From a virus (taxonomy: Duplodnaviria; Caudoviricetes): a stretch of DNA of 64,000 bases. Where the stretch lies: positions 6,707-70,706 of the IMG/VR virus record IMGVR_UViG_3300005805_000078, one strand, 5' to 3'. The notes under the pieces were generated by a model. It worked only from the letters and a program-made list of their open reading frames with translations, was not told where the DNA came from and searched no databases. Shown here one piece after another: positions 54,534 through 63,916 of this stretch. Position numbers and translations under genes: made by a program. Numbering within the stretch: the first letter of the stretch is position 1; each line of letters opens with the position of its first letter.

Positions 54534-54811
54534 TATATGACTGACCGTGAATTTCTGATCTGGCTTACTTTCCGCCTTATCAATGTTTATAATGAAAACG
54601 AACTGACTGATTTTGTTCAGAGGCTTAAAGCCATTGCAAAATCTATTGATGAAAAACAAGTATCTGATTGGTAAATTATGCAACTACAATTTGATTACTA
54701 TCTCGATGCATGGAATTACTGCAGGGTAAATGGCATAGATATCAAAAACATTCGAAAACTTAATTTTCGAAAGTGGTATCTTTCTTTTAAAGAAGTGAAA
54801 GGGTCTTAATT

Positions 54812-55066
54812 ATGACTAATACACGTTTTGATCTTGAACAACAAATCATGCAATGCTGGGGTATTGTTGATGATCTTGATTATGTGCTTCAAGCAATTGA
54901 AAGCAAAGATGAAGATCGAATGATGAATATTGTGATTGGTCTAAAAGAACTTTATAATATGAAGTTTGACAAGGCATTTAATACTTTTGAAAAGATGATT
55001 GCAGAACAAGCTATCGTTAAACCTAATGAAACGGAACAAAAGTCGGTAGAACCATTCGGATGGTGA
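54812..55066 (+). CDS. Conserved small phage protein
   Basis: RFDLEQQIMQCW.IVDDL...IGLKELY. Confidence 0.7.
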   Translation: MTNTRFDLEQQIMQCWGIVDDLDYVLQAIESKDEDRMMNIVIGLKELYNMKFDKAFNTFEKMIAEQAIVKPNETEQKSVEPFGW

Positions 55067-55258
55067 AATGCGTAAGAAGAACGAGGTCACAATTTCCTGC
55101 TCCAGTGTGGTCAATGGTTGGACCACACTGCTTGAACGACCAGGATTCGAACCTGTGTGTGTTGGACCCGTTTTTCTTCGCCTTACTGAGCTTTGGTCGT
55201 GGCAGAAACAAAACATGGAAGCACTAAAAAGCGGTGATCTTTCAAATCTAAAGTAAAA

Positions 55259-55298
55259 CATAAATACAGGTAACTTTATTCTATAAAGAAAGTTACCT
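55259..55298 (+). promoter_or_regulatory. Late promoter CATAAATA followed by a leader hairpin
   Basis: CATAAATA 55259-66; AGGTAACTTT (55268-77)/AAAGTTACCT (55289-98) ending at the ATG. Confidence 0.6.
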
Positions 55299-56024
55299 AT
55301 GCTAAGATTTAAACAATATTTTCTTTTCAATGAAGGCGTGCATGATCCGGGTATTTTCCACGCAGTATTCATGGCTGGTGGTCCAGGCTCCGGTAAAGAC
55401 TATGTAATGAGCCGCACACTGCACGGGCATGGCCTTCGAGAAATTAATTCTGATATTGCATTTGAACATGCAATGAAGAAACACGGTTTAAGTATGTTAA
55501 TGCCCAAAGAAGAAGAAGAAAAAAGAGATGTGCTTCGTTCCGGTGCTAAGGAAACTACACAAAAGATGCAGAATCTTTCTCAAGAAGGCAGAAATGGCTT
55601 AATTATCAATGGAACTGGTGCTAACCCAGAAAAATATGCTAAAATCAAAGATCATCTAGAATCTCTTGGTTATAAGACGCATATGGTTTTTGTACATACG
55701 AAAAATTCAATTTCGCATAAGAGAAATATTGAAAGAGGTTTACGTGGCGGAAGAGAAGTTGATGAAGATATAAGACAACAAAGCTGGAATGATGTTCAAA
55801 ACGCAAAAGAACATTATAAAAAAATGTTCGGCGATAATTACCATGAAGTTGATAATAATATTGATAAAAGATATGCCTCTAAAGAAATGAAAGATAAACA
55901 TGATGCCCGTTTAAATCAAGTTTTTAAACATTTTAGAAAGCAAACTGGTTCTAAACAGTATTCGCCGCAGGCAAAAGAATGGATACAAACACAACAACGA
56001 TTAAAGAGACAACAGAATGAGTAA
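55299..56024 (+). CDS. Zeta-toxin/AAA_33-like P-loop kinase with CTS-like N-terminus
   Basis: MLRFKQYFLFNE; AVFMAGGPGSGKD, INSD, IINGTG, RN.ER. Confidence 0.75.
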   Translation: MLRFKQYFLFNEGVHDPGIFHAVFMAGGPGSGKDYVMSRTLHGHGLREINSDIAFEHAMKKHGLSMLMPKEEEEKRDVLRSGAKETTQKMQNLSQEGRNGLIINGTGANPEKYAKIKDHLESLGYKTHMVFVHTKNSISHKRNIERGLRGGREVDEDIRQQSWNDVQNAKEHYKKMFGDNYHEVDNNIDKRYASKEMKDKHDARLNQVFKHFRKQTGSKQYSPQAKEWIQTQQRLKRQQNE

Positions 56025-56197
56025 TGAAAAACAATATCGGAAAGACTTAATTCGAAATTTCAAGCGTGAATATACACAAAAAGATGCTGAAGAATGGGCT
56101 GAACGTGTAACTTCAAAGGAAGAATATTATGATATATTAGACACCTCAGACATATTTGATGATGAATACTTTGAAAGTAAGCGCGAGACATAATATC

Positions 56198-56431
56198 ATG
56201 AATGAAAAATTTAGGAGTATTGCTAATGATGCAGGATTTGTACTGTGGAGTGATGAAGATTGGAAACCAGAAAATGGAATTGTTGATTGGTCATCAAACT
56301 ATGATCATGAGCTTTATAAGCATTCTCAGCTGCTGGTTCAGGAGTGTTCTAACTTAATTGCTGGTTTTGTTGATCAAAGGATTCCAGCATCGGAATATCC
56401 AGCACTTCTGAAACAACATTTTGGCATGTAA
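56198..56431 (+). CDS. Divergent MNERI-family protein
   Basis: MNEKFRSIA...LLVQEC...KQHFGM. Confidence 0.65.
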   Translation: MNEKFRSIANDAGFVLWSDEDWKPENGIVDWSSNYDHELYKHSQLLVQECSNLIAGFVDQRIPASEYPALLKQHFGM

Positions 56432-56438
56432 AAAACAC

Positions 56439-56467
56439 TTGCCATTTTTTCTTTGCTATGTCACAAT
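56439..56467 (+). promoter_or_regulatory. Sigma70-type promoter
   Basis: TTGCCA-N17-CACAAT. Confidence 0.5.
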
Positions 56468-56501
56468 CACTTTATTGTGATTTTTTGAATGAGGTTTATT
56501 A

Positions 56502-57671
56502 ATGAAAAATAATGCAATGTTGTTCATCGATGCTGCTACCGACATTTTCGGTGCAGGTGCGATTCTGAACCGAGAACAAATTCAGAAGGTAGTCGATGAA
56601 CGTTCTGTTCCGTATCCATACTGGTTTGTGACAAAGCCGGAATATCGTTCCGGTCGCGGAAGTTATATTCTTCCGAATCTAAATGTGAATAGTACGGTTC
56701 AGCCTGTACAAATTTCGGCGGCAACAGAACCAATGCCCGCTCTTTCAGTTCTGCAACCAGTTTCAAATGTGCATGTTCTGAAGCAAAAGAAACTGCAAGA
56801 TGACTCAGACTCTGCGGTACCGGAAGAATTCCCAGGCTTTATTGCATTCGGTTTTTATAATGAGATGGTGAAGATTATCCGCTCGAAGCAATTCTTCCCT
56901 GTCTTTATTACCGGTCATTCTGGTAACGGCAAGACACTCATGGTCGAACAAGCCTGCGCTAAACTGAAGCGTGAATGTATTCGAGTGAATATCTCAATTG
57001 AGACTGATGAATCCGACTTAATTGGTACGAATACTCTTATTGACGGTAACATTGTTTATCGTGACGGTCCTGTGATGATTGCAATGAAACGCGGTTCTGT
57101 TCTTCTTATTGATGAAGTAGATCGTGGTTCAAATAAACTTCTCTGCCTTCAAGGTATTCTAGAAGGTAAACCATACTTTAATAAAAAGTCTGGCGAGTAT
57201 GTTCAACCGAAGCCTGGCTTTAACATTATTGCTACTGCAAACACCAAGGGTCTTGGCTCAGATGAGGGCAAGTATCTTGCACAAATTCTAGATGCTGCAT
57301 TCTTGGAACGTTTTCCGATTACCATTGAGCAGAATTATCCTTCATCTAAAATCGAACTTGAAATTCTAAATCAGATTTGCACTGATAAGAGTTTCACAGA
57401 GAATCTCGTTAAGTGGGCTGAAGTAATTCGCAAGACATTTAATGAAGGTGCTATCGATGAAGTAATTTCTACCCGACGCCTTGTGCATATTGTGAAAGCA
57501 TATTCAATCTTCAATAATCGTAAGAAGGCTATTGAGTATTGTGTTTCGCGATATGATACTGATACGAAAAATAGCTTTATTGATCTTTATACGAAGGTTG
57601 ATGCAGAGGTTGTGGTTCCCGTATCTCCCGTGGCGGCTGAAGAAACCAATGTAGAAAGTGTGGAATATTAA
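56502..57671 (+). CDS. MoxR/CbbQ/NirQ-type AAA+ ATPase (CobS-like)
   Basis: GHSGNGKT, LLIDEVD, ATANTKG, AFLERF, ISTRRL. Confidence 0.92.
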   Translation: MKNNAMLFIDAATDIFGAGAILNREQIQKVVDERSVPYPYWFVTKPEYRSGRGSYILPNLNVNSTVQPVQISAATEPMPALSVLQPVSNVHVLKQKKLQDDSDSAVPEEFPGFIAFGFYNEMVKIIRSKQFFPVFITGHSGNGKTLMVEQACAKLKRECIRVNISIETDESDLIGTNTLIDGNIVYRDGPVMIAMKRGSVLLIDEVDRGSNKLLCLQGILEGKPYFNKKSGEYVQPKPGFNIIATANTKGLGSDEGKYLAQILDAAFLERFPITIEQNYPSSKIELEILNQICTDKSFTENLVKWAEVIRKTFNEGAIDEVISTRRLVHIVKAYSIFNNRKKAIEYCVSRYDTDTKNSFIDLYTKVDAEVVVPVSPVAAEETNVESVEY

Positions 57672-57672
57672 A

Positions 57673-57942
57673 ATGCGCCGCAATACGAAGATTAATCGTC
57701 ACGAAAAGATTGCGGCAATTCTGAAAAATGGTCAACCCATTTCTCCAGAAGATATCCGTAACGCACTCAAGGGCACGGACCAAGAAGAAGTGCTTTACAG
57801 GCTATCGACAAACATCTACAATATCAAGAAAGATGGCGGCGTAATTAGAGTTTATAAAGATAAACGGCGAGTATCTGCATATCAACTAATTAATGCTGAC
57901 CAGTTTAATGAGCATGGACGATATATCGGAACAAGAAAGTAA
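57673..57942 (+). CDS. Putative winged-helix DNA-binding protein
   Basis: Helix pattern, RLSTNIYNIKK.GGVI..Y. Confidence 0.5.
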   Translation: MRRNTKINRHEKIAAILKNGQPISPEDIRNALKGTDQEEVLYRLSTNIYNIKKDGGVIRVYKDKRRVSAYQLINADQFNEHGRYIGTRK

Positions 57943-57946
57943 TGAA

Positions 57947-59056
57947 ATGTCTGCTTTGGTTAGATTATCTAGAAGAATAAAAAAACTCAAGAAAAGAAAA
58001 TATATCACATTTCAAGATAAAGAAAAAGCATTTAAAATGAAGACACAATACCCGGAAAACGAATCTTTCATTGGCTCTTATTCTGTCGATGAGCATTTCG
58101 AGAATAAGATTATGCTTCGGCGCTTTAATGCTGAAGTAAAGACCTTTCATGAAAAAATCAGTTTCATGTGTTCTCGTAATACGTGGAAGACTTATGTCGA
58201 AAAACAATTTGAAAATGATAACTTCAACGTTTGTCAATTTCAATCGACTAGCGGTGTAATTCATTGTAAAGAAACTGATACTCTTATCAAATACAAAATT
58301 AATCAGAATCACATTGAAACTGAAATTACTGGCTCGAAAGACTTTATTAAGAAATTCGTTTCTGACATTTCGGAGAAGTTTGAAATTGTCAATGCGAATA
58401 TTGAATGGATTTATTCTACGAACGGCGATGCTGTAAGTATTCCTCTTACAAATGACAAGATGCCGGTTGATGAAATGTATCCGTTCATTAATCGCCCGAT
58501 CAAAGAATATTATGACGATTACATTAATTCGTCAGCATCTATTCTGTTGTTGTTTGGACCGCCTGGCACTGGTAAGACCACCTTTATTCGCGGATTGCTT
58601 CAACATACGAATAAGTCTGCCATCGTGACGTATGATTCTTCACTTCTCGATAAAGATTATATCTTCTCCTCATTTATTGAAGGTGATAAGTCCATCTTTA
58701 TTATCGAAGATGCAGACTTGTTTCTAAAGTCGCGTCAAGAAGGTAATACGATGATGCATAAGTTTCTGAACGTCGGTGATGGTCTTGTTTCTACAAAAGA
58801 AAAGAAGATGATTTTCTCTACGAATCTTCCTTCTGTTCGAGACATTGATCCGGCACTAATCCGTCCTGGTAGGTGCTATGATATTCTTGAATTTAGAAAT
58901 CTTTCTGTAGATGAATCTCTTCATCTTGCAAAGAAAGTGAATATCAATCTTGAAATTGGTGATAAGAGTGATATTTCTCTTGCAGAAATCTTTCACTCTG
59001 ATAACCAAATTAAGAATGTCTCTTTCACTAAAAAGAGTAAAGTTGGTTTCATTTAA
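57947..59056 (+). CDS. AAA ATPase (BCS1-like)
   Basis: LLFGPPGTGKT, IIEDAD, STNL, DPALIRPGR. Confidence 0.88.
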   Translation: MSALVRLSRRIKKLKKRKYITFQDKEKAFKMKTQYPENESFIGSYSVDEHFENKIMLRRFNAEVKTFHEKISFMCSRNTWKTYVEKQFENDNFNVCQFQSTSGVIHCKETDTLIKYKINQNHIETEITGSKDFIKKFVSDISEKFEIVNANIEWIYSTNGDAVSIPLTNDKMPVDEMYPFINRPIKEYYDDYINSSASILLLFGPPGTGKTTFIRGLLQHTNKSAIVTYDSSLLDKDYIFSSFIEGDKSIFIIEDADLFLKSRQEGNTMMHKFLNVGDGLVSTKEKKMIFSTNLPSVRDIDPALIRPGRCYDILEFRNLSVDESLHLAKKVNINLEIGDKSDISLAEIFHSDNQIKNVSFTKKSKVGFI

Positions 59057-59069
59057 TTGTGCGCTGCAG

Positions 59070-59077
59070 CATAAATA
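59070..59077 (+). promoter_or_regulatory. Late promoter CATAAATA
   Basis: Upstream of the GGAG-preceded ORF at 59102. Confidence 0.55.
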
Positions 59078-59101
59078 GTTTATTTAATAGGAGACATACC
59101 C

Positions 59102-59284
59102 ATGCAACAACTAAACGTTTATATCGATGCAGTTTCTTCTGCCAAGAGTAATATGCTTAAGACTCTAGTTACTGAAGAATCGCTGCGTAAGCCAATGCAA
59201 AATATGATTGATGCAGAAGCTCAATTGTCAAAAGCAGTTGTTACTTACTACGAAAATCTATTTGCAAAGTTTAAGACAAATTAA
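59102..59284 (+). CDS. Small helical late protein
   Basis: SD AGGAG. Confidence 0.65.
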   Translation: MQQLNVYIDAVSSAKSNMLKTLVTEESLRKPMQNMIDAEAQLSKAVVTYYENLFAKFKTN

Positions 59285-59448
59285 TGTCGTGTCCAACTTT
59301 GAGTTTTTCATAGATCAATGCAAACTACAGCAAGAGATATATAGAAGACAAAGAATCAAAAAATATGGTTTAATTTGTCTTTTTCTCTTGCTGTTTTTGT
59401 TTATAGCCATAATGTACAAAGTGTTTTTTTATTGAAAGGTGATGTCCT

Positions 59449-59766
59449 ATGATGTTTATTGAAGTTGATTCGGTACAACCGAAGAATTGTAAGTTAATTG
59501 TGAATCTTGAGAATGTTGTTGAAATTGCACCTCTCGTTCAAGGCGGTTGTGTTCTTTTCTTTAATGCACTAGAAGCTGGTGTTGCAAAGACGATTACAGT
59601 TTCAAATGATTACAATACTTTTAAGCAGTTTGTGCTTCAGACTGTAACTTCTGAAAGTATTGAGAAGCGTTTCCCGACTAAGCGTGGTTCTTCCGCTAAT
59701 ATCAAGCCGCAAGAAGAAGGGAAGGGTGTTCAATTCGCAGATACTCAATATGGAGAATCTAAGTGA
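59449..59766 (+). CDS. Hypothetical protein
   Basis: SD AAGGTG. Confidence 0.65.
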   Translation: MMFIEVDSVQPKNCKLIVNLENVVEIAPLVQGGCVLFFNALEAGVAKTITVSNDYNTFKQFVLQTVTSESIEKRFPTKRGSSANIKPQEEGKGVQFADTQYGESK

Positions 59767-59978
59767 AATTTCAATTAATTGCTACTGAAGGGACAACTCG
59801 TTCTATTCGCGAGTTTGAAACTGATTATCTCTATGAAGTTCTTCCTGAACTGGAAGACTTTCTACGGGGCGCAGGTTTTCCTTTTGACGGTAATCTAGAA
59901 ATTGTAGAACCTGTCGTTTCTTCGAGAACAGATTCTGGTCATGTAATTGACGATTTTGATGATGACGGTAGATGCTAA
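59763..59978 (+). CDS. Hypothetical protein
   Basis: EDFLRGAGF motif; GTG start. Confidence 0.6.
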   Translation: MKFQLIATEGTTRSIREFETDYLYEVLPELEDFLRGAGFPFDGNLEIVEPVVSSRTDSGHVIDDFDDDGRC

Positions 59979-59984
59979 ATTGAA

Positions 59985-60788
59985 ATGAAAGTTAAAGTTT
60001 TTATATTGACATGGCAAGACGCTAATGCACTGAATAACAATTTAAAGACTCTTTTTGACGGATTTCAATGTCTCGATAGAGTTAAAGATGTACACATTGA
60101 AGTCAATATAATTAACAATCATACGAATTTCTCAATAGATCCGAGATATGTGCCACATGTGAAAGTCATTCATAATGTGGCACAACCAGATTTTGCTACT
60201 GCAATGCTTGCACGTATGTGGAATCTTGCCATCATTCACGGCTTTAAATCTCTCGCAGAACCAGATTGTGATATTGTTCTTACTTCACAAGACGATACAG
60301 TATGGGAAAAAGACTGGATTCAACGTCTAGTCTCTATTCGTAATAATTATGATTTTTATGCAGATGATGCAGGCGACATGGTCTGTATGCATACGCCAAA
60401 TTCTGTGCGTAAAATTGGACTCTGGGACGAACGTTTTCATTACGGTTTCGGCGAAGGTGATTACTTCTTAAGAGCAATTAAGTATCTGCCGAAAGAATCG
60501 AGTATCAATGATTATGCACACGGGCGGGTTTGGAACTCTTACATTCGATTAGCAAAAAGACCGGAGCCGGACGATAGCCGCTACACTGAACAGAATAGGG
60601 CGCATCGATTCCGCGGACTTTCTTGGGCTAATTTTCTTTATAAGTGGGGCTCTGAGGATCTGGAAGGAAAATGGCCAGATGATGTACAGAAAAGAGTCTT
60701 GACAATTGAGCCGGTGCCCAGTACAATTCTTTATCCTTATTTCGAACTTGATGTTGAAGACTTGAAAGGTAAAGGTTATATACTGTGA
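59985..60788 (+). CDS. Orphan glycosyltransferase-like protein
   Basis: LTSQDD, IGLWDERF..GFGEGDY. Confidence 0.6.
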   Translation: MKVKVFILTWQDANALNNNLKTLFDGFQCLDRVKDVHIEVNIINNHTNFSIDPRYVPHVKVIHNVAQPDFATAMLARMWNLAIIHGFKSLAEPDCDIVLTSQDDTVWEKDWIQRLVSIRNNYDFYADDAGDMVCMHTPNSVRKIGLWDERFHYGFGEGDYFLRAIKYLPKESSINDYAHGRVWNSYIRLAKRPEPDDSRYTEQNRAHRFRGLSWANFLYKWGSEDLEGKWPDDVQKRVLTIEPVPSTILYPYFELDVEDLKGKGYIL

Positions 60789-61045
60789 AAAAGATCCTTG
60801 TTGATGAAAGTGTGTTGAAGCAGGCAGAAGACATGAAAGACACCGGAGGACCGGCGTTTCCGACTAGCGCCCATACTTGGCACTACGAGGGCATGACTTT
60901 GCGCGATTACTTTGCGGCGAAGGCGATGCAGGGGCTATTAGCCGGCGAATACAATGTGCCCGATGTCTTTGCGGAGTGGGCTTATAAATATGCCGACGCC
61001 CTGCTGGCAGAAAGGAACAAGAATAATTATGAGTCCAGAACTTGA
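60785..61045 (+). CDS. GGPAFP/TLRDYFAAKAM-family small phage protein
   Basis: Family motif; GC-rich patch. Confidence 0.75.
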   Translation: MKKILVDESVLKQAEDMKDTGGPAFPTSAHTWHYEGMTLRDYFAAKAMQGLLAGEYNVPDVFAEWAYKYADALLAERNKNNYESRT

Positions 61046-61700
61046 TGAAAAGCTGTGTGAAAAGTATCCGAAGATTTTTGTGAATCGCCATGCAGATATG
61101 AGAACCACTGCTATGTGCTGGGGTTTTGAATGCGGAGACGGATGGTATAACATCATCGATGCATTATGTCAAAATATTCAGCATAGTATTGATTGGTCTG
61201 AAAGGATGTACCGAATTGATACTGAGCATAATAATATGCTTGAGCAAGTTCTCTCTGGAAATAGAAAAGCGTATGACGAATACTTTACTACTTCTAGTAC
61301 TGATGAGAAGAAGAAAGAAGAGTATTTTCAACTCTGGCTAAAAACTGCAAAGATGCGGGAAGTAAAAGAACCGATTCCACAAGTAATTGCAGTACAGGTA
61401 AAAGAAAAATTCGGCACTCTACGTTTCTATATTGATGGTGGTAATGAAGTTACATATGCAATGATTAGCATGGCTGAGAGTATGAGTGCTCGAACATGTG
61501 AGAAATGTGGTGCGCCAGGCAAACTTCGCGGCAAGACTTGGCTTTATACTGCATGTGATGAACATACAGAAGAATGGGATAAGTTTGAAGAGAATGAAGA
61601 TGAGGACGAAGGTAATTGTCCAAAATGTGATGAACCCTGGAGTGGAACTAGTTGTGGTTCCGAATGCGGTTGGATTAAAGGTGATGGCGATGGAGAATAA
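61029..61700 (+). CDS. Conserved phage protein with C-terminal zinc ribbons
   Basis: GFECGDGW, QVKEKFGTLRFY, TCEKCG. Confidence 0.8.
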   Translation: MSPELDEKLCEKYPKIFVNRHADMRTTAMCWGFECGDGWYNIIDALCQNIQHSIDWSERMYRIDTEHNNMLEQVLSGNRKAYDEYFTTSSTDEKKKEEYFQLWLKTAKMREVKEPIPQVIAVQVKEKFGTLRFYIDGGNEVTYAMISMAESMSARTCEKCGAPGKLRGKTWLYTACDEHTEEWDKFEENEDEDEGNCPKCDEPWSGTSCGSECGWIKGDGDGE

Positions 61701-61857
61701 AACTTGGACTCTTTCTGTTGAAGAGGGTGAGGACGGCGATCAATACATCACTTTGCCGGAAGAAGTTCTTCAACAACTTAATTTGAGGGAAGGTGATACT
61801 GTCGAATGGATCGATAATAAAGACGGTTCTTGGACTTTAATGAAGAAAGAAGTTTAA
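61690..61857 (+). CDS. AbrB/MazE/SpoVT-like DNA-binding protein
   Basis: YITLPEEVLQQLNLREGDTVEW. Confidence 0.75.
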   Translation: MENKTWTLSVEEGEDGDQYITLPEEVLQQLNLREGDTVEWIDNKDGSWTLMKKEV

Positions 61858-62232
61858 TCGTGGATAAAAATTCTGCACCTACTGGAAGTTATGAAATTTT
61901 AAAACTGCCGAAACATTCCGATTGGCTATGTTACATGTTCGGTAACAGGCCTGGTGGTGTAGGATTAGTCTATCGTCCGGCAAAAAATCAGGTGCCAAAC
62001 TTTTTCGTTCGTGCTATGATGCGTCTATGTTTTGATTGCCTCTGGGTGAAAGATAAGAAATGAACGAAGAATTCAAAATGGCATGGAACACAACCGTCAG
62101 GAAATTTACACTACCTACTCTAGAATGGCTAGCGTGGTGCGGTCAGCCTATGCTGTATGATGGTGGTCTGTGTGTGAATCGTACACCGGAAGAACATCAA
62201 GAGAGTCTCAAGCAGAAAGGTAGTTTAACAGT

Positions 62233-62517
62233 ATGAACGAACGAATTCGAGAACTTGCTCTACAGGCTAGAAACTATGCTTTGGATGAAAAGCGAATTTA
62301 TGAACGAGTCCATAACATTGAACAATGTATGGAAGAATATCGTGAAGTGTATAATGAAAAGTTCGCCGAGTTGCTCATTGAAAAATGTATCAAAGCAGCT
62401 AGTGATCCCGGTGATGGTTTGATTAAAGGTAATACTTGGCATGATGGAGTTCGTGCCTGTGTGTGGAGTATTCAACAAGAGTTCAATTTGGATCGTAGTT
62501 TTGGAGTAGAACCATGA
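62233..62517 (+). CDS. MNERI-family protein
   Basis: MNERIRELA...EKFAELLIEKC...FGVE. Confidence 0.8.
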   Translation: MNERIRELALQARNYALDEKRIYERVHNIEQCMEEYREVYNEKFAELLIEKCIKAASDPGDGLIKGNTWHDGVRACVWSIQQEFNLDRSFGVEP

Positions 62518-62720
62518 ACGAACGTATCCGAGAGCTTGCTGTAAAAGCTGGTATGTCACAGATGAACCGTCGCAGTGACGGTTTCTATGTTGTCAGTGAA
62601 GACGTTTTTGATAAGTTTGCCGCTGAACTGATTCGAGAATCTGCCGCACAGCTAGATGATGGTGCTGAGGACGGTATGTGGGCTAGGGGAGTTTTGTATC
62701 GGCATTTCGGAGTAGAATGA
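62514..62720 (+). CDS. MNERI-family protein
   Basis: MNERIRELA...KFAAELIRE...HFGVE. Confidence 0.8.
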   Translation: MNERIRELAVKAGMSQMNRRSDGFYVVSEDVFDKFAAELIRESAAQLDDGAEDGMWARGVLYRHFGVE

Positions 62721-62920
62721 TGAACGAAAAAATTCGCCAGATTGCTGAACAAGTATATGGATCAGCAGCAACAGAGCAAGAAATAAAATTCGCCGAAGCC
62801 ATTGTGCGGGAATGTGCTATATTTGTGAATAATGTTTTGCCGGTCTATTCCAAACAGGAGTTAGACTGGTGTAAGCGAACCGCAAAACAAATGAAAATGT
62901 ACTTCGGAGTTAAAAAATGA
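62717..62920 (+). CDS. MNERI-family protein
   Basis: MNEKIRQIA...KFAEAIVREC...YFGVK. Confidence 0.8.
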   Translation: MMNEKIRQIAEQVYGSAATEQEIKFAEAIVRECAIFVNNVLPVYSKQELDWCKRTAKQMKMYFGVKK

Positions 62921-63141
62921 ACGAAAGAATCCGTGAATTGGCTGTTCAAATTCTGCCTAACGAAAAGGAATTCCATCAAGGTGATCCTAAGGAATGGGGG
63001 TATTTCTTCACCGGAGAAGAATTGGAAAAGTTCGCCGAGTTGATTGTCAAGGAATGTGCTCATATTACCGAAGTGAATCAAGCAGAAAATATGGGCTGGA
63101 ATATTGGTGAAATTTTGAAAGAACATTTTGGAGTTGAATAA
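62917..63141 (+). CDS. MNERI-family protein
   Basis: MNERIRELA...EKFAELIVKEC...EHFGVE. Confidence 0.8.
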   Translation: MNERIRELAVQILPNEKEFHQGDPKEWGYFFTGEELEKFAELIVKECAHITEVNQAENMGWNIGEILKEHFGVE

Positions 63142-63301
63142 TGACTTATATTCTAGTGATCTGGACCATCGTTGCTATGAATGTTAATTATATTAAAAAT
63201 GATTGGCGTCCTATCGGTGAGTTTCATGGTCAACAACTATGCCATGATGCCGCAAAAGAGATGGGCATCAAGTCTACTGACTATCGTTGTGTGAGGTCAA
63301 A

Positions 63302-63583
63302 ATGAACGAACGAATTGAACAACTTGCAGTGCGGGCCGGTGCTACCTTAGAAAAAGGATACATTGAATTGTCCGATGGACAATTTATGCTGTCTGACAAT
63401 ATAGACCTAGATAAAACTAACCTAGATTTGGAAAAGTTCGCCGAGTTGATTATCAAGGAACTACTGGGAGACCTGAAAGAGCGAATTGCTCTGCGTTATC
63501 AAGGTAGCGAAAAGGACCGCGATATTGCCTACGGTATGGAAATTGTCTATTTTGATATCGTTGACAAGTTTGGAGTTAAATAG
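63302..63583 (+). CDS. MNERI-family protein
   Basis: MNERIEQLA...EKFAELIIKE...KFGVK. Confidence 0.8.
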   Translation: MNERIEQLAVRAGATLEKGYIELSDGQFMLSDNIDLDKTNLDLEKFAELIIKELLGDLKERIALRYQGSEKDRDIAYGMEIVYFDIVDKFGVK

Positions 63584-63591
63584 CCCGTTAC

Positions 63592-63620
63592 TTGACAGGG
63601 TCTTTGTTTGAGCACATAAT
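63592..63620 (+). promoter_or_regulatory. Sigma70 promoter inside the array
   Basis: TTGACA-N17-CATAAT. Confidence 0.75.
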
Positions 63621-63649
63621 ACACACATAGACAGCAAGGAGCAAACGAA

Positions 63650-63916
63650 ATGAACGAACGAATTCAAGCCTTGATCAACCAATCTTGGCAAACTGTCGAG
63701 GGTACTCCTCGTGAAGGTATGGAAGATATCCGTCAAGCATTGATGGAAGAACTCAATCCTGTATTCCTTGAATTTGCTCGGTTGATGGTTCGGGAATGTA
63801 TGCTGATCTGTGGTGCAGTTCAGGGTGCAGGTGAGTTTCGCAATATGCATGAATTCGCTTCAGGTGCCGCACAATGTAAAGTAATTATCAAAAGAGATTT
63901 CGGAGTTGAAGAATGA
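63650..63916 (+). CDS. MNERI-family protein
   Basis: MNERIQALI...EFARLMVREC...DFGVEE. Confidence 0.8.
   Translation: MNERIQALINQSWQTVEGTPREGMEDIRQALMEELNPVFLEFARLMVRECMLICGAVQGAGEFRNMHEFASGAAQCKVIIKRDFGVEE

Noticed and set aside
61690-61857. Type II toxin-antitoxin pair
   Set aside because: The AbrB-like gene has no recognisable adjacent toxin, and the HicA-like module is 43 kb away and a non-cognate type
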